Program-made: the position numbers and the translations under genes
The notes under the pieces: generated by a model
The model's input: the letters and a program-made list of their open reading frames with translations, nothing else
Databases searched by the model: none
Told to the model about the DNA's origin: nothing
In this document: piece by piece, positions 42,055 to 51,108 of the stretch
Layout: every line of letters starts with the position of its first letter
Position numbering within the stretch: position 1 is the first letter of the stretch
IMG/VR virus record: IMGVR_UViG_3300028840_003906
Length of the DNA stretch: 64,000 bases
DNA from: a virus
Direction: 5' to 3' (one strand)

Positions 42055-42447
42055 ATGTCAGACGGAAAGAACAAGGTCCTCGGGATGCTCCTGGAGAATG
42101 CTGGAGTCAACCCGGATTCCATCCTTGGTGAAGGCGCCGTGGAAGAGTCCAGTTTCAAGATGGGAAAGGACCACATGGCGGCCCTCTCGCTCTGGAAGGG
42201 GCAGCACGGGAAGGGTTGGAAGAAGGCCCTCAAGAAGGCGTGGAAGACCGGAGACTACGGTCCGTCCCAGGGGACCAAGTTCGAGAAGCGGATGGACGCC
42301 GCCATGAAGGACCTAAAGGTCAAAGGTGGTCTTCGCTGGCTGGAAGCCTACGAGGATGTCCAGGACGATGGCGAAGGCGACGTGTCTGGTGGATTCAAGA
42401 TGCGTGGTCTGATCGAGAAAAAGATGGAAGATGGCGATGTTTCATGA
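42055..42447 (+). CDS. hypothetical protein
   Basis: GGAGGAG SD. Confidence 0.6.
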   Translation: MSDGKNKVLGMLLENAGVNPDSILGEGAVEESSFKMGKDHMAALSLWKGQHGKGWKKALKKAWKTGDYGPSQGTKFEKRMDAAMKDLKVKGGLRWLEAYEDVQDDGEGDVSGGFKMRGLIEKKMEDGDVS

Positions 42448-42781
42448 TCTGAAGTCCAGGAAGTTTGTCGTTGCGATTCTCGCTGCGATTCTGATCGTGG
42501 CCAACGATGCTCTCGGGAAGCCTGTGAGCGACGAGGCTATGTACTCCGCCCTCGGATTGATCGGAACGTACATCCTTGGACAGGGGATCGCCGATCATGG
42601 CGCTCAGGGGGCCGCTACGGCGGCCAGGAGGGCCGTGAACCATGGGGTGAGGATCGAGGCCGCTGTTCGGGACGTCCTGGGCATGGATGGCGTCGACGAG
42701 GCCCCTGTGGATGATGATGGGCCGAATTGGGAAGATACAACCGAGGTGGATCCCGAGGACAAGAAGGAGTTGCTCGGTTAG
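42431..42781 (+). CDS. putative holin
   Basis: KSRKFVVAILAAIL plus second hydrophobic helix ending GQGIAD; possible Met-Ala-Met dual start; upstream of endolysin. Confidence 0.6.
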   Translation: MAMFHDLKSRKFVVAILAAILIVANDALGKPVSDEAMYSALGLIGTYILGQGIADHGAQGAATAARRAVNHGVRIEAAVRDVLGMDGVDEAPVDDDGPNWEDTTEVDPEDKKELLG

Positions 42782-42860
42782 CAGTTTTGTCAGTTGAATG
42801 GTGCCGGTTGTTTTTTTTAGGGTTCGCGAACAATAGTTCGCTTTGATAGGAGAGAGAAGA

Positions 42861-43382
42861 ATGAGAAACCCAGCAAACGCACCAAGTGATGACAAAATCA
42901 GGAACGCAGGAGCGGTTCCGTGGGCATCGCAGATCCCGAACGACACAGAGGCTGAGGGGAATTACGTCTCCGACGTGCTCAGCAACATGGGCGAGAGGCT
43001 TCGCGCTGTCGTCTCCGATCTCGCGATCGACACTCTCAACGATGAGCAGTCGGTTGCCCTGGGGGGTGTCGCATCGAAGCAGTTTGCTCCGACGCACGCC
43101 ATCGTGCAGATGGCAACTGTGTCCGGAGCTGCGGCGGCGGGTGACTTCCAGATCAGCATCGGAATCACCAGCGGTGGAACTGAGATCCTTGCTGCCACGG
43201 CATGCACTGGCGTCATCGCAATCGACACCAAGCTGATCATCGATCTCAGTGCCGTCGTGAAGCCTGCTCTTCCGGCGAGTTCGACACTGTATGTCAAGGT
43301 CACTACGGCGGACACGACGGCTGGTGCCGGTCACCTTGCCAAGGTGTACGTTGTCGGAGAGGTGATCGCGACAGAAGGATAA
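42861..43382 (+). CDS. hypothetical virion protein
   Basis: beta-rich, Ala/Gly/Thr-rich; AGGAG SD. Confidence 0.6.
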   Translation: MRNPANAPSDDKIRNAGAVPWASQIPNDTEAEGNYVSDVLSNMGERLRAVVSDLAIDTLNDEQSVALGGVASKQFAPTHAIVQMATVSGAAAAGDFQISIGITSGGTEILAATACTGVIAIDTKLIIDLSAVVKPALPASSTLYVKVTTADTTAGAGHLAKVYVVGEVIATEG

Positions 43383-43537
43383 AAATCCGCTTGGAACCGG
43401 ATGGAGTTTGGCATTTTGCAAGGGAAGTCAGTGATGAAATCGATGGCTGAAAAAGTGAAAGAAGCTGGGCTCCGTTTGGTTCTGGGCATCAATTTTGAGA
43501 TTCCAAGCGCTCCCTCTGTTTGGGAGAGGTTTTCTTG

Positions 43538-44029
43538 ATGAAAGACGAAGTGAAAGCTGTCCCGGTAGACATGTCTCCGCAGTACGTGGCAACAGAGGAT
43601 GCGTTATCCACGGCGAGATATCTGCTCTTCAAGACGGGGCTGGTGAACCGGGGTTTTGTTTCGCCGAGCCCGACCGGGACAGCTGAATATTCGATGACTC
43701 TGGTTGCCGATCTCCTGGATGCGAAGCGCAAGAGTGTGGGATCCGTTCGGGTCAATGTGCTGGTCCCGGTTGCTGGGAATAGCATCAAGTACATCATCGA
43801 GTGGACCAGGGACATCTTTGGGTTCTGGTACCGGCAGGTGGTGGTTGTCCCGGACGGGGTGAGTGATCCGATTGCGAAGAGTGTCCCGAAGTTGAAGCAG
43901 GCTTTCGAGTCAGTGAGATGGACGGCACAGGGGGTCACGAAGGTGGCCTCCATGAACAGGATGTTCAAAAAGGTGAAGAAAAACCGGACTGCCGATCGGA
44001 CGGTTCGCGCAGGGATGAGGATGTGGTGA
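43538..44029 (+). CDS. hypothetical protein
   Basis: GGAGAGG SD; coupled to endolysin (GTGATG). Confidence 0.6.
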   Translation: MKDEVKAVPVDMSPQYVATEDALSTARYLLFKTGLVNRGFVSPSPTGTAEYSMTLVADLLDAKRKSVGSVRVNVLVPVAGNSIKYIIEWTRDIFGFWYRQVVVVPDGVSDPIAKSVPKLKQAFESVRWTAQGVTKVASMNRMFKKVKKNRTADRTVRAGMRMW

Positions 44030-44991
44030 TGCTGACGAAGAATCAGGTTTCTGCGGCGAACAGCTACAACGCGGGTCGTATCTCGGATGGGCGCCTGGAC
44101 GTGAACACGATGCCGTGGCCATGGGACGAGTTGACCGGGGATGGTTTTGTGTGGGCCACGGTGGCGTTTCAGCAGGACCAGAGGCTCTCGGTGGACGGGA
44201 AGCTGGGGCCTGCGACGGAAGGCGCCATTCGTGGTGAGTTTGGCTCTCAGGAGCCGTCGGTACCGCCGGTGGTTGAGGTTCCAGATGGGCAGTTCTCGAA
44301 TGCGATCATCGTTGACGGGAAGCGCATCGTTCTTCCTGAGGAGTTCGTGAAGGCCGGGTTGTCCGCGAGCAACTATCTGGATGATGGGGAGGCCCATTTC
44401 AAGAGTGGCGTCAGAGCAGATGATCCTGTCCACTTTGTGCTGCATGAGACGTGCGGAAATACGGCGTCTGGTTGCGTGAATACGCTGAACCGGAAGGCCA
44501 AGGACAGCGGGTACAATTACGGTGTCCATTTGATCATGGATCCTGGTGGCCATATTTCATGTCACAACGACCTCGTGAGAGAGCAAGTTGTTCATGCCAA
44601 CCAGTGCAACAAGACGTCGTTTGGGATCGAGGTGGTGAATCCGTACGCTCCGAGCTACGTCTCGAAGCCTGACGTTTTTTCGAAGACGATTCCCGCTCAG
44701 TGGTGGACCTGGTGCCCGGATAAGAATGATCGTCGCTACGTATTGCCGACGGATGCTCAGATGGCAGCGATTCGGTTGTTGGCACCATGGCTTTGCGAGG
44801 TCACCGGGGTTCCGTTCTGTTTCCCGACCAAGAACCTGAACGGCGGGAACCGTCAAATCAATGGATGGGATGCATCTCCGAAGGCCAGGCCGAATCCTGG
44901 GGTGGTCGCACATCGTGACTTCTCTTCGCACGCGGACGGCCGATACATGCTTCTGGATCTGATCGACTTCTCCCAAGGAGGGATGGAATGA
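44029..44991 (+). CDS. endolysin: peptidoglycan-binding domain + N-acetylmuramoyl-L-alanine amidase (Amidase_2-like)
   Basis: AFQQDQRLSVDGKLGPAT; FVLHET, VHLIMD-x2-G, HANQCNKTSFGIEV, VVAHRD. Confidence 0.85.
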   Translation: MLTKNQVSAANSYNAGRISDGRLDVNTMPWPWDELTGDGFVWATVAFQQDQRLSVDGKLGPATEGAIRGEFGSQEPSVPPVVEVPDGQFSNAIIVDGKRIVLPEEFVKAGLSASNYLDDGEAHFKSGVRADDPVHFVLHETCGNTASGCVNTLNRKAKDSGYNYGVHLIMDPGGHISCHNDLVREQVVHANQCNKTSFGIEVVNPYAPSYVSKPDVFSKTIPAQWWTWCPDKNDRRYVLPTDAQMAAIRLLAPWLCEVTGVPFCFPTKNLNGGNRQINGWDASPKARPNPGVVAHRDFSSHADGRYMLLDLIDFSQGGME

Positions 44992-45602
44992 AACGCTTGC
45001 TCGAAAGTCTCGGGACCTTTCTCGATGAGGCGAAAGGGAAGAAGAAGCGGAAACGCCGCATGCGTAGGCGCGCGCGGGAGGCGGATGTCGCGCTGGCCAG
45101 GGGTATTGGAAGTGCCATGCGTGCACGCGCGCACGAGATCGAGAAGCTTCTTCCTGTTCCATGGGAGATCTCTGGGAATTTGGATCTGGATAGGCAGAGT
45201 GTTGAGAAGCATGGAGAGGTCCACATGGATGGGGCGATCCTTGCAGACCACGACTATCCGATCGGCGTGAACGATGACGGGGATAGGTTCAACGAGGCCG
45301 AGGCTCGGATTGTCGTTTCTTGCATCCCGGAGAATGGTGGTTCAGAGGTCGGGTGTGCGGTCGTCGTGGACGAGTTCTATCCGACATCCCGGGATCACGA
45401 TTCTGTGGAGCTGAAACCCGCTCTCAGGATGGGAGAGGTGTTTGTCGAGTCGGTGTGGAAAAAGAAGAAAAAGCCGTTTGACCCTGGTCGTGATCTCTGG
45501 CCTCTGATAAAAGAGGCTATGGTCAAGCTCAGGAAAAAAATGCCAGAATATGAAGAGCTGGATCCTGACTACGGTCTGTCTGATACCGAGCGGTATCTGT
45601 AA
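44988..45602 (+). CDS. putative internal head protein (MKRLLESL leader)
   Basis: Leader followed by LDE-A and basic block. Confidence 0.6.
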   Translation: MKRLLESLGTFLDEAKGKKKRKRRMRRRAREADVALARGIGSAMRARAHEIEKLLPVPWEISGNLDLDRQSVEKHGEVHMDGAILADHDYPIGVNDDGDRFNEAEARIVVSCIPENGGSEVGCAVVVDEFYPTSRDHDSVELKPALRMGEVFVESVWKKKKKPFDPGRDLWPLIKEAMVKLRKKMPEYEELDPDYGLSDTERYL

Positions 45603-45619
45603 CTCGGGTGGAGTGAGAA

Positions 45620-45958
45620 ATGAGAAATCTTACCGGAAGACTTGAGAACTTCATCTCCTCTGCGAATGGCAAGCGGAAGGAGAACGCTCTCTCTGTCAAG
45701 GAGGAGCGGTTGTTCCGTTCGCTGAAGACGCAGGGCGAGCGTGCGGTCAAGGGTCGTGAGGTCACGAAGACGGTTTTCGAGTCGAAGTTCCGTGATTCCG
45801 TCTCGTTTCTCATGATCATGGAGGGGCGCCACTCGATGTCCGTTGGAAGCCAAGTGGCGAGGCGATTCGAGGAGTCCGCGATGGTGGAGGCGGTGGAGGT
45901 CGTGAAGACGAAGCGCGGTGCGTGCGTCGTTGTTCGTCCTGCAGGTGAAGATGCGTGA
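45620..45958 (+). CDS. putative internal head protein (MRNLTGRLE leader)
   Basis: ORF with leader variant. Confidence 0.6.
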   Translation: MRNLTGRLENFISSANGKRKENALSVKEERLFRSLKTQGERAVKGREVTKTVFESKFRDSVSFLMIMEGRHSMSVGSQVARRFEESAMVEAVEVVKTKRGACVVVRPAGEDA

Positions 45959-46289
45959 TCTGATTGAAAGGAAGATGTCCGATTTCGAGCGGATTGGTCT
46001 TCGTGCCATGAAGAAGGCGAAGGAGCGCGAGGCGAGGGATCCTGATCAGCCGTGGTGGGCCTTCGGGTACATCGAGGGGGATTACGAGGGTGTGAAGCAG
46101 AAGGCAAACTCGCAGAGGTTGCGCCCGAAGAACATCAAAGAGAGCAAGGCTGGAATGTATTGGAGACCTCGTAAATCGATCATGAGGATCAGCGGTCTCA
46201 AGAGTAAGGTTGTTGCATTTTACAACAACAACGAGAACCGGTTTGTCGTGTTCAAAGAGGGGATGGGGCCAGCCCCTTCATCTCCATAG
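45951..46289 (+). CDS. putative internal head protein (MRDLIERK leader)
   Basis: ATG 45951 after AGGTG SD. Confidence 0.6.
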   Translation: MRDLIERKMSDFERIGLRAMKKAKEREARDPDQPWWAFGYIEGDYEGVKQKANSQRLRPKNIKESKAGMYWRPRKSIMRISGLKSKVVAFYNNNENRFVVFKEGMGPAPSSP

Positions 46290-46304
46290 TGAGGAGAGAT
46301 TTCA

Positions 46305-46613
46305 ATGAGTGGAACGAGTGGGACAATTTTTGAAGAGATGAAGATCGCAGATCGCATCATGGGCAACGTGTCAGAGGAAGAGGTTCTCGACGAGGCTTCT
46401 TACGACAACAAGAGTGCGTACAAGGCTGCCAAAGAGGCGCTCGCGAGCGTCCAGAAGGCTGGTCTAACGATGAAGGATATGGCGAAATCGAAGTGGGGCA
46501 AGGCGAACAGCAGCGATGCTAGGGCGCTGAATGATCTAGTCAAGCAGACTGACAAGGTCGCCTCGAAACTCAGGGGTATTGCTGCTGGGCTGGGGGTTCA
46601 GGCTGGAGTGTAG
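46305..46613 (+). CDS. putative internal head protein
   Basis: Acidic N-terminus ending VLDE-A then basic helical domain. Confidence 0.6.
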   Translation: MSGTSGTIFEEMKIADRIMGNVSEEEVLDEASYDNKSAYKAAKEALASVQKAGLTMKDMAKSKWGKANSSDARALNDLVKQTDKVASKLRGIAAGLGVQAGV

Positions 46614-46621
46614 GTGATCTC

Positions 46622-47257
46622 ATGACGACTTCTGCAAACATCGACGGTGTTGTGAAGCCTCTTGGTATGGTTCGCCGGGATTTTCATTATGGATCTGGGC
46701 GCGTGTACACGATTGGTGAGATCACTCCTCGCCGGAAGAAGAAAAAGACCGGCTATGCCAAGGTGGGCATGATCCGGATCGAGAGCGCAGGCCCCGTGGA
46801 GGAAGCTTCATTCACGAAGCCGTACGGTGCCAAGAAGGACAACCTCTGGCTGACTGGCAAGAAGGTCGGTGTTTGGAGGACGATCCGTGGGCGCAGGTAC
46901 TTCTTCCCTCTGGACGGATCCTCTCCGACCCCGACGGTCAAGGGTGGCAAAAAGAAGGGCAAGGGGATCCTGGCAAAGGTCCTCGGTGTCGTTGGCATTG
47001 GTGGCCCGAAGAAGAAAAAGAAGAAGTCAAAGAGCCGTGAATCTGCCGCTGGGATTGAGCAGGCGAGCGACGCCATGAAGAAGACAACGGAGCTTCTCAG
47101 GAAGGCCAAGGGGTCCAAGGGCGGCAAGGCTGTCACAGGCCCGCTGAAGGCGATGCAGAAGGCTTTGCAGAACGATGACGCAAAGGCGTTCAAGAAGGCC
47201 GAGAAGAGCCTCCAGAAGGCCGCACAGAAGCTCGCCAAGCGCAAGGGGCAGGGATGA
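46622..47257 (+). CDS. highly basic hypothetical protein
   Basis: VEE-A site, GVWRTIRGRRYF motif, Lys-rich. Confidence 0.6.
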   Translation: MTTSANIDGVVKPLGMVRRDFHYGSGRVYTIGEITPRRKKKKTGYAKVGMIRIESAGPVEEASFTKPYGAKKDNLWLTGKKVGVWRTIRGRRYFFPLDGSSPTPTVKGGKKKGKGILAKVLGVVGIGGPKKKKKKSKSRESAAGIEQASDAMKKTTELLRKAKGSKGGKAVTGPLKAMQKALQNDDAKAFKKAEKSLQKAAQKLAKRKGQG

Positions 47258-48084
47258 GAACTCTTCTGGAAAGAATGGATGAGCTTGATGTGCTGATCCT
47301 GGAGTCATGGCAGAGTACTGTCACTCTCGAACTCGATGATTTCGAGGACGAGGTGGAGGGCTATATGTATGACTCATTTTTCCGGGCAAAAGAAAGACGA
47401 CCGGAGGAGTACGATGCCAAGGACTGGCGCAAGGACAAGGGGTATTCTGATTGGCACAAGATGGTTGTCGGCCCGACCAGGAAGAGCATGGCGAAGATCG
47501 CCAGCGGTGTCGCGCGCATCATAAAGGGGCTGGATCTCGATGGGATTCGAGCGACGGTCAAGCCGTGGCCGAGGTCTACCATGTACTCAAGCGGCGGTGA
47601 TTACGGGACACCTACTGACATGGCGACCGTTTACATTCATAGGGGTGGAAAGCGCGGGAGAACATCTCCGAGCTTTACGTATTTTGGCCCGCGAGAGATT
47701 GATGATGTTCTCGATGCTGGGGACGGTGACTTTTTCAACGATCCAGAAGTGGAGCATGCATATTTCCAGGTCGTGAGTGAGCTTCGGAGCCCTGGGAGCA
47801 CGAGGAAGAGGAAGCCTGTGAAGGTTTACACCTCCAGGCCGAAGAAGGATCGGAAGATCTACGATAACGCGAAAGAGGTCCCATCTGGCATTTTTGTGAC
47901 GAACGATCCTGATCGTGCGTATGGATTTGGCCGCGATCTCGGAAGCAAGGATGGTCGAGATTTGTACCGGATTGTTGTTGATAGCAATCGGCTGGTGCAG
48001 ACGCTGAAGTCTGGAAGGATCAGGGACTATCAGATTGTCGGCAAGGGCAAGGTTCCGATTCGCGAGATTGAGAGGATTGCATGA
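47254..48084 (+). CDS. putative internal head protein with possible ADP-ribosyltransferase-like C-terminal fold
   Basis: MRTLLERM leader; VKVYT..., GIFVTNDPDRAYGF, LYRIVV, DYQIV pattern. Confidence 0.5.
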   Translation: MRTLLERMDELDVLILESWQSTVTLELDDFEDEVEGYMYDSFFRAKERRPEEYDAKDWRKDKGYSDWHKMVVGPTRKSMAKIASGVARIIKGLDLDGIRATVKPWPRSTMYSSGGDYGTPTDMATVYIHRGGKRGRTSPSFTYFGPREIDDVLDAGDGDFFNDPEVEHAYFQVVSELRSPGSTRKRKPVKVYTSRPKKDRKIYDNAKEVPSGIFVTNDPDRAYGFGRDLGSKDGRDLYRIVVDSNRLVQTLKSGRIRDYQIVGKGKVPIREIERIA

Positions 48085-48407
48085 GGGATCTTTTGGAGAG
48101 GCTTGCTTCTGTATCCGAGCAGAGGAATGGTGAGTACGAGGGTCGCAAGGTGAAGCTTGAGGATCCGTTCAGGTTGCCTTCTGGCAGTAAGAAGAAGTTC
48201 GGCGTCTATGTTCGAAACCCGGATACTGGGAATGTGGTGAAGGTCACGTTTGGGGATCCGAACATGGAGATCAAACGTGACGATCCCGAGAGAAGGAAGT
48301 CCTTCAGGGCGCGTCATCGGTGCTCAGAGCAGTCTGACAAGACGTCAGCTGCGTACTGGAGCTGCAAGATGTGGGAAAAAGGAACTCCGGTTTCAGATTT
48401 GGATTAG
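48081..48407 (+). CDS. conserved basic large-phage protein (KKFGVYV...VTFGDPNM...RRKSFRARH-C...YWSC-W) with MRDLLERL leader
   Basis: Motif set recalled from T4-like phage hypothetical proteins. Confidence 0.7.
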   Translation: MRDLLERLASVSEQRNGEYEGRKVKLEDPFRLPSGSKKKFGVYVRNPDTGNVVKVTFGDPNMEIKRDDPERRKSFRARHRCSEQSDKTSAAYWSCKMWEKGTPVSDLD

Positions 48408-48416
48408 GAGAGGATC

Positions 48417-49010
48417 ATGGAGAATACACGGAAGCTGATGGAGGGTTTGGAGACTGCCTTGGACGAAGAAAAGTGGGTCAAGGGCGTCGAGACGAAGTGG
48501 TCTCCGCCAGAGGGGTTCTTCAAGCAGGATGCCGGGAAGATCGCGAGTGGTCTCATGTCGGCGTCGAAGGACAAGGCCCAGGCTATGGAGCGGCTGAACT
48601 TCTACATCAACCGTGCCGGGAAGAACCTCAGCGATGAGGACAAGTCTCGCCTGGAGGACGCAAAGAAGAAGCTGTCTGCCATGGGAGAGGATGTCGAGGA
48701 GATCAGCGAGGCAAAGGCGGGTGCCGCATCTGTTCGGCTGATCAAGTCAAAAACCGACTTCCTGAAGAAGCAAGCTGGGGAACTTCAGAAGGCCGCGTCT
48801 GAGATGCAGTCTGTTTCCAATAAGGCAGGGAAGGCAGGACACTGGGCGATTGCTAATGGCATGTTCCATGTTGCTGCCAGGGTTGAGGATTATGTTCGTC
48901 GTGCGCTCAACGAGGTTGAACTTGCGATGGATTCTCTTCCTGGCGATGACGCTTCAGATTCTGTCATGCGTGATTGGGCGATTCGCGTGAAAGACGGGTA
49001 TTACAGGTAG
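48417..49010 (+). CDS. DUF3175-like domain protein
   Basis: AMERLNFYINRAGKNL-x6-RLEDAKKKL motif. Confidence 0.7.
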   Translation: MENTRKLMEGLETALDEEKWVKGVETKWSPPEGFFKQDAGKIASGLMSASKDKAQAMERLNFYINRAGKNLSDEDKSRLEDAKKKLSAMGEDVEEISEAKAGAASVRLIKSKTDFLKKQAGELQKAASEMQSVSNKAGKAGHWAIANGMFHVAARVEDYVRRALNEVELAMDSLPGDDASDSVMRDWAIRVKDGYYR

Positions 49011-49013
49011 GTC

Positions 49014-49370
49014 ATGGCGATCAAGTGGGAGCCCAGGCCATTTCCGGCAAAGGTCCTGCGTGTTGTCGATGGCGATACGCTGGAGCTTCTGATCGACTGC
49101 GGGTTTGACATCCATAGTCGTCAGATGGTTCGGCTTGCGCGCGTGGACACCCCTGAGATCCGTGGCGAGGAGCGCAACGAAGGTCTGAAGTCCATGGAGT
49201 TTGTAGAGGACTTTCTTCACGGGGTTGAGCAGGTTCTTGTGACAACCCAGAAGGACAGGGGAAAGTTCGGCAGGTATATCGGCGAGATTGTCGTCATAAA
49301 AGATGGCGAAATGGTCAACCTGAGTGATAGACTGCTGGAAGAAGGTCTGGCAGAGGAGTATGGGAAATGA
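49014..49370 (+). CDS. thermonuclease (SNase-like) family protein
   Basis: VVDGDT, VRLARVDTPE, GKFGRYIG, L-x3-GLA. Confidence 0.9.
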   Translation: MAIKWEPRPFPAKVLRVVDGDTLELLIDCGFDIHSRQMVRLARVDTPEIRGEERNEGLKSMEFVEDFLHGVEQVLVTTQKDRGKFGRYIGEIVVIKDGEMVNLSDRLLEEGLAEEYGK

Positions 49371-49726
49371 GTATGCGTGAACTGATCGAAGCAAAGAAGA
49401 AAATCACCCCAGAGGTCGACGCTGAGTTGGAGAAAGAGTACTCGAAGATTCGACACATCGAGCCTCAGGAGTTCAACGCATCAACCAAGGCCGGAGAGCG
49501 TGTCCGGGTGAAGATTGAACCCGGGAAGAATCTCGGAAAGACGTACTCCATACGGATCGTGAATCCGGGTCGAGGCGTGAACGCTTTTTTCTTTGAGAAA
49601 CCGGAGGACATTGACGATCTGATGAAGACGATGTCCTCTCTGGTGAAGAAGGCCAAGAAGGCTGTCGAGAAAAACGACAAGGCAAAGAGCGACTTCTGGA
49701 AGAGACTCAAGACGGAGTACGACTGA
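49367..49726 (+). CDS. putative internal head protein (MSMRELIEA leader)
   Basis: Leader motif. Confidence 0.6.
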   Translation: MSMRELIEAKKKITPEVDAELEKEYSKIRHIEPQEFNASTKAGERVRVKIEPGKNLGKTYSIRIVNPGRGVNAFFFEKPEDIDDLMKTMSSLVKKAKKAVEKNDKAKSDFWKRLKTEYD

Positions 49727-50022
49727 TGAGTATGCGTGAACTGATCGAGAGGAAGCTTGAAGAGGGCCGGAAGGTCAGCTCAAGTACGGTCATCCGTGCG
49801 TTGCGTGGTGTTGCAGAGGACGAGGATGCTGATGAGGCCGCGTTCCTGAACCTTCTGGCGGACAGAATCAACCAGACATATCCTGGCGAGGACATTGATA
49901 TCCGGGTGATCAACAAGGTGGCCAAGGAGCCCGTGTTTAAGAAGTACTGGAAGAAGATCGGGAGCGCGGATCTGCGCGAACTCATCTCCGATTCCTGGGA
50001 CATGATTTCGAATGGAAGGTAG
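49726..50022 (+). CDS. putative internal head protein (MSMRELIERK leader)
   Basis: Leader motif; 23 nt identical to the start of the previous gene. Confidence 0.6.
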   Translation: MSMRELIERKLEEGRKVSSSTVIRALRGVAEDEDADEAAFLNLLADRINQTYPGEDIDIRVINKVAKEPVFKKYWKKIGSADLRELISDSWDMISNGR

Positions 50023-50024
50023 CC

Positions 50025-50495
50025 ATGCGCGAGCTGATTGAAAGAATAGTGTTGAAGTCGTTTCCGGCGCATCTCAAGAAGAAGATGGCCGATGACAATC
50101 GCACCCTGAAGAACAACAAGGGTCGGATTATCAAGCGGTTGACATCTCCGTCGGTTGGTATGAGCAAAAAGGAGGCCGAGTCATACTTTGACTCCGTCCT
50201 GCATCCGAAGACACAGCTGTCCATCCAGCAGAGGGCGGATGCTTTCCGGTTCATCAAGGAGGGAGTCGAGTTTGACGGAGAAGTGCTGGATGAGATAAGG
50301 CAGAGGGCTCCGGCTACTCATGGCACCGTGGATGTTCGGATCGTTCCACTCCGTGGGAAGTGGAAGGTCTTTGTCAGGTTCGATGGAAACCTGGTGGAGA
50401 GTGACGAGGCGACGAGTTTCATGAAGGCTCTGAAGAAAGCTTCGCTTCATGCCGCCGATGCTGTAGACATGGGGTACACAGGCGACTTGCCGTGA
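50025..50495 (+). CDS. putative internal head protein (MRELIERI leader)
   Basis: Leader motif. Confidence 0.6.
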   Translation: MRELIERIVLKSFPAHLKKKMADDNRTLKNNKGRIIKRLTSPSVGMSKKEAESYFDSVLHPKTQLSIQQRADAFRFIKEGVEFDGEVLDEIRQRAPATHGTVDVRIVPLRGKWKVFVRFDGNLVESDEATSFMKALKKASLHAADAVDMGYTGDLP

Positions 50496-50528
50496 TTAGA
50501 GCGAACTCAAGTTCGCATGGAGGTTGTT

Positions 50529-50882
50529 ATGAGAGAGCTGATTGAGAGGATGGAGGCGAAGGGAGAGAACGCGAACCTGCTGGAGCTGCTGAAGAAGAAG
50601 GTTTCTGGCTCCAAGATTGTTCGTTCGACGGGGAGTAACCTTTCGAATGCGCCGAGCGGATCGAGTAGGTCCTTGGTTGTCCTCGGGGATGAGATTGCGG
50701 GATCTGGTGGCACTGTTCCGTTTAGGAGCGAGTTCACGATAGCAACTCACTTTATTCCGACTGGCAAGGCTGGAGATATGCTCTTTGATCCCAAGTCGTA
50801 CAAGGAGCTGAAGAGATACCTGCCGAAGCATGAAACGCGGGGCAAGCTCCATGGTCAGAAGCTGAAAGTGTATTTTACCTAG
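50529..50882 (+). CDS. putative internal head protein (MRELIERM leader)
   Basis: ATG 50529 after GGAGG SD. Confidence 0.6.
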   Translation: MRELIERMEAKGENANLLELLKKKVSGSKIVRSTGSNLSNAPSGSSRSLVVLGDEIAGSGGTVPFRSEFTIATHFIPTGKAGDMLFDPKSYKELKRYLPKHETRGKLHGQKLKVYFT

Positions 50883-50892
50883 GAATACAGGG

Positions 50893-50921
50893 TTGACACG
50901 CGCTCGTTTCTGAGCGATATT
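50893..50921 (+). promoter_or_regulatory. possible sigma70 promoter for the tRNA array
   Basis: TTGACA-17 nt-GATATT. Confidence 0.4.
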
Positions 50922-51108
50922 CCCCAGAGAGACGGAACGATGACTATGGCAATAACCAGAATGGCGACAGAGCGCAAACAAGGCGGGAATGACCGTCCTG
51001 TCGACGTGCGCCCGGACGCCACGACGGAAAGGCCATAGGAATTCGGGACGTCTTTTTCGATCTAAAAATCACAAAAACAAAAGGCGTCTCGGAAGACACG
51101 GAATTGTG

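Noticed and set aside
43418-43450. Cobalamin riboswitch (AAGGGAAGTCAGTG...AAATC)
   Set aside because: Only the first motif resembles the B12 box; the downstream CCCGCAACTGT core is absent.
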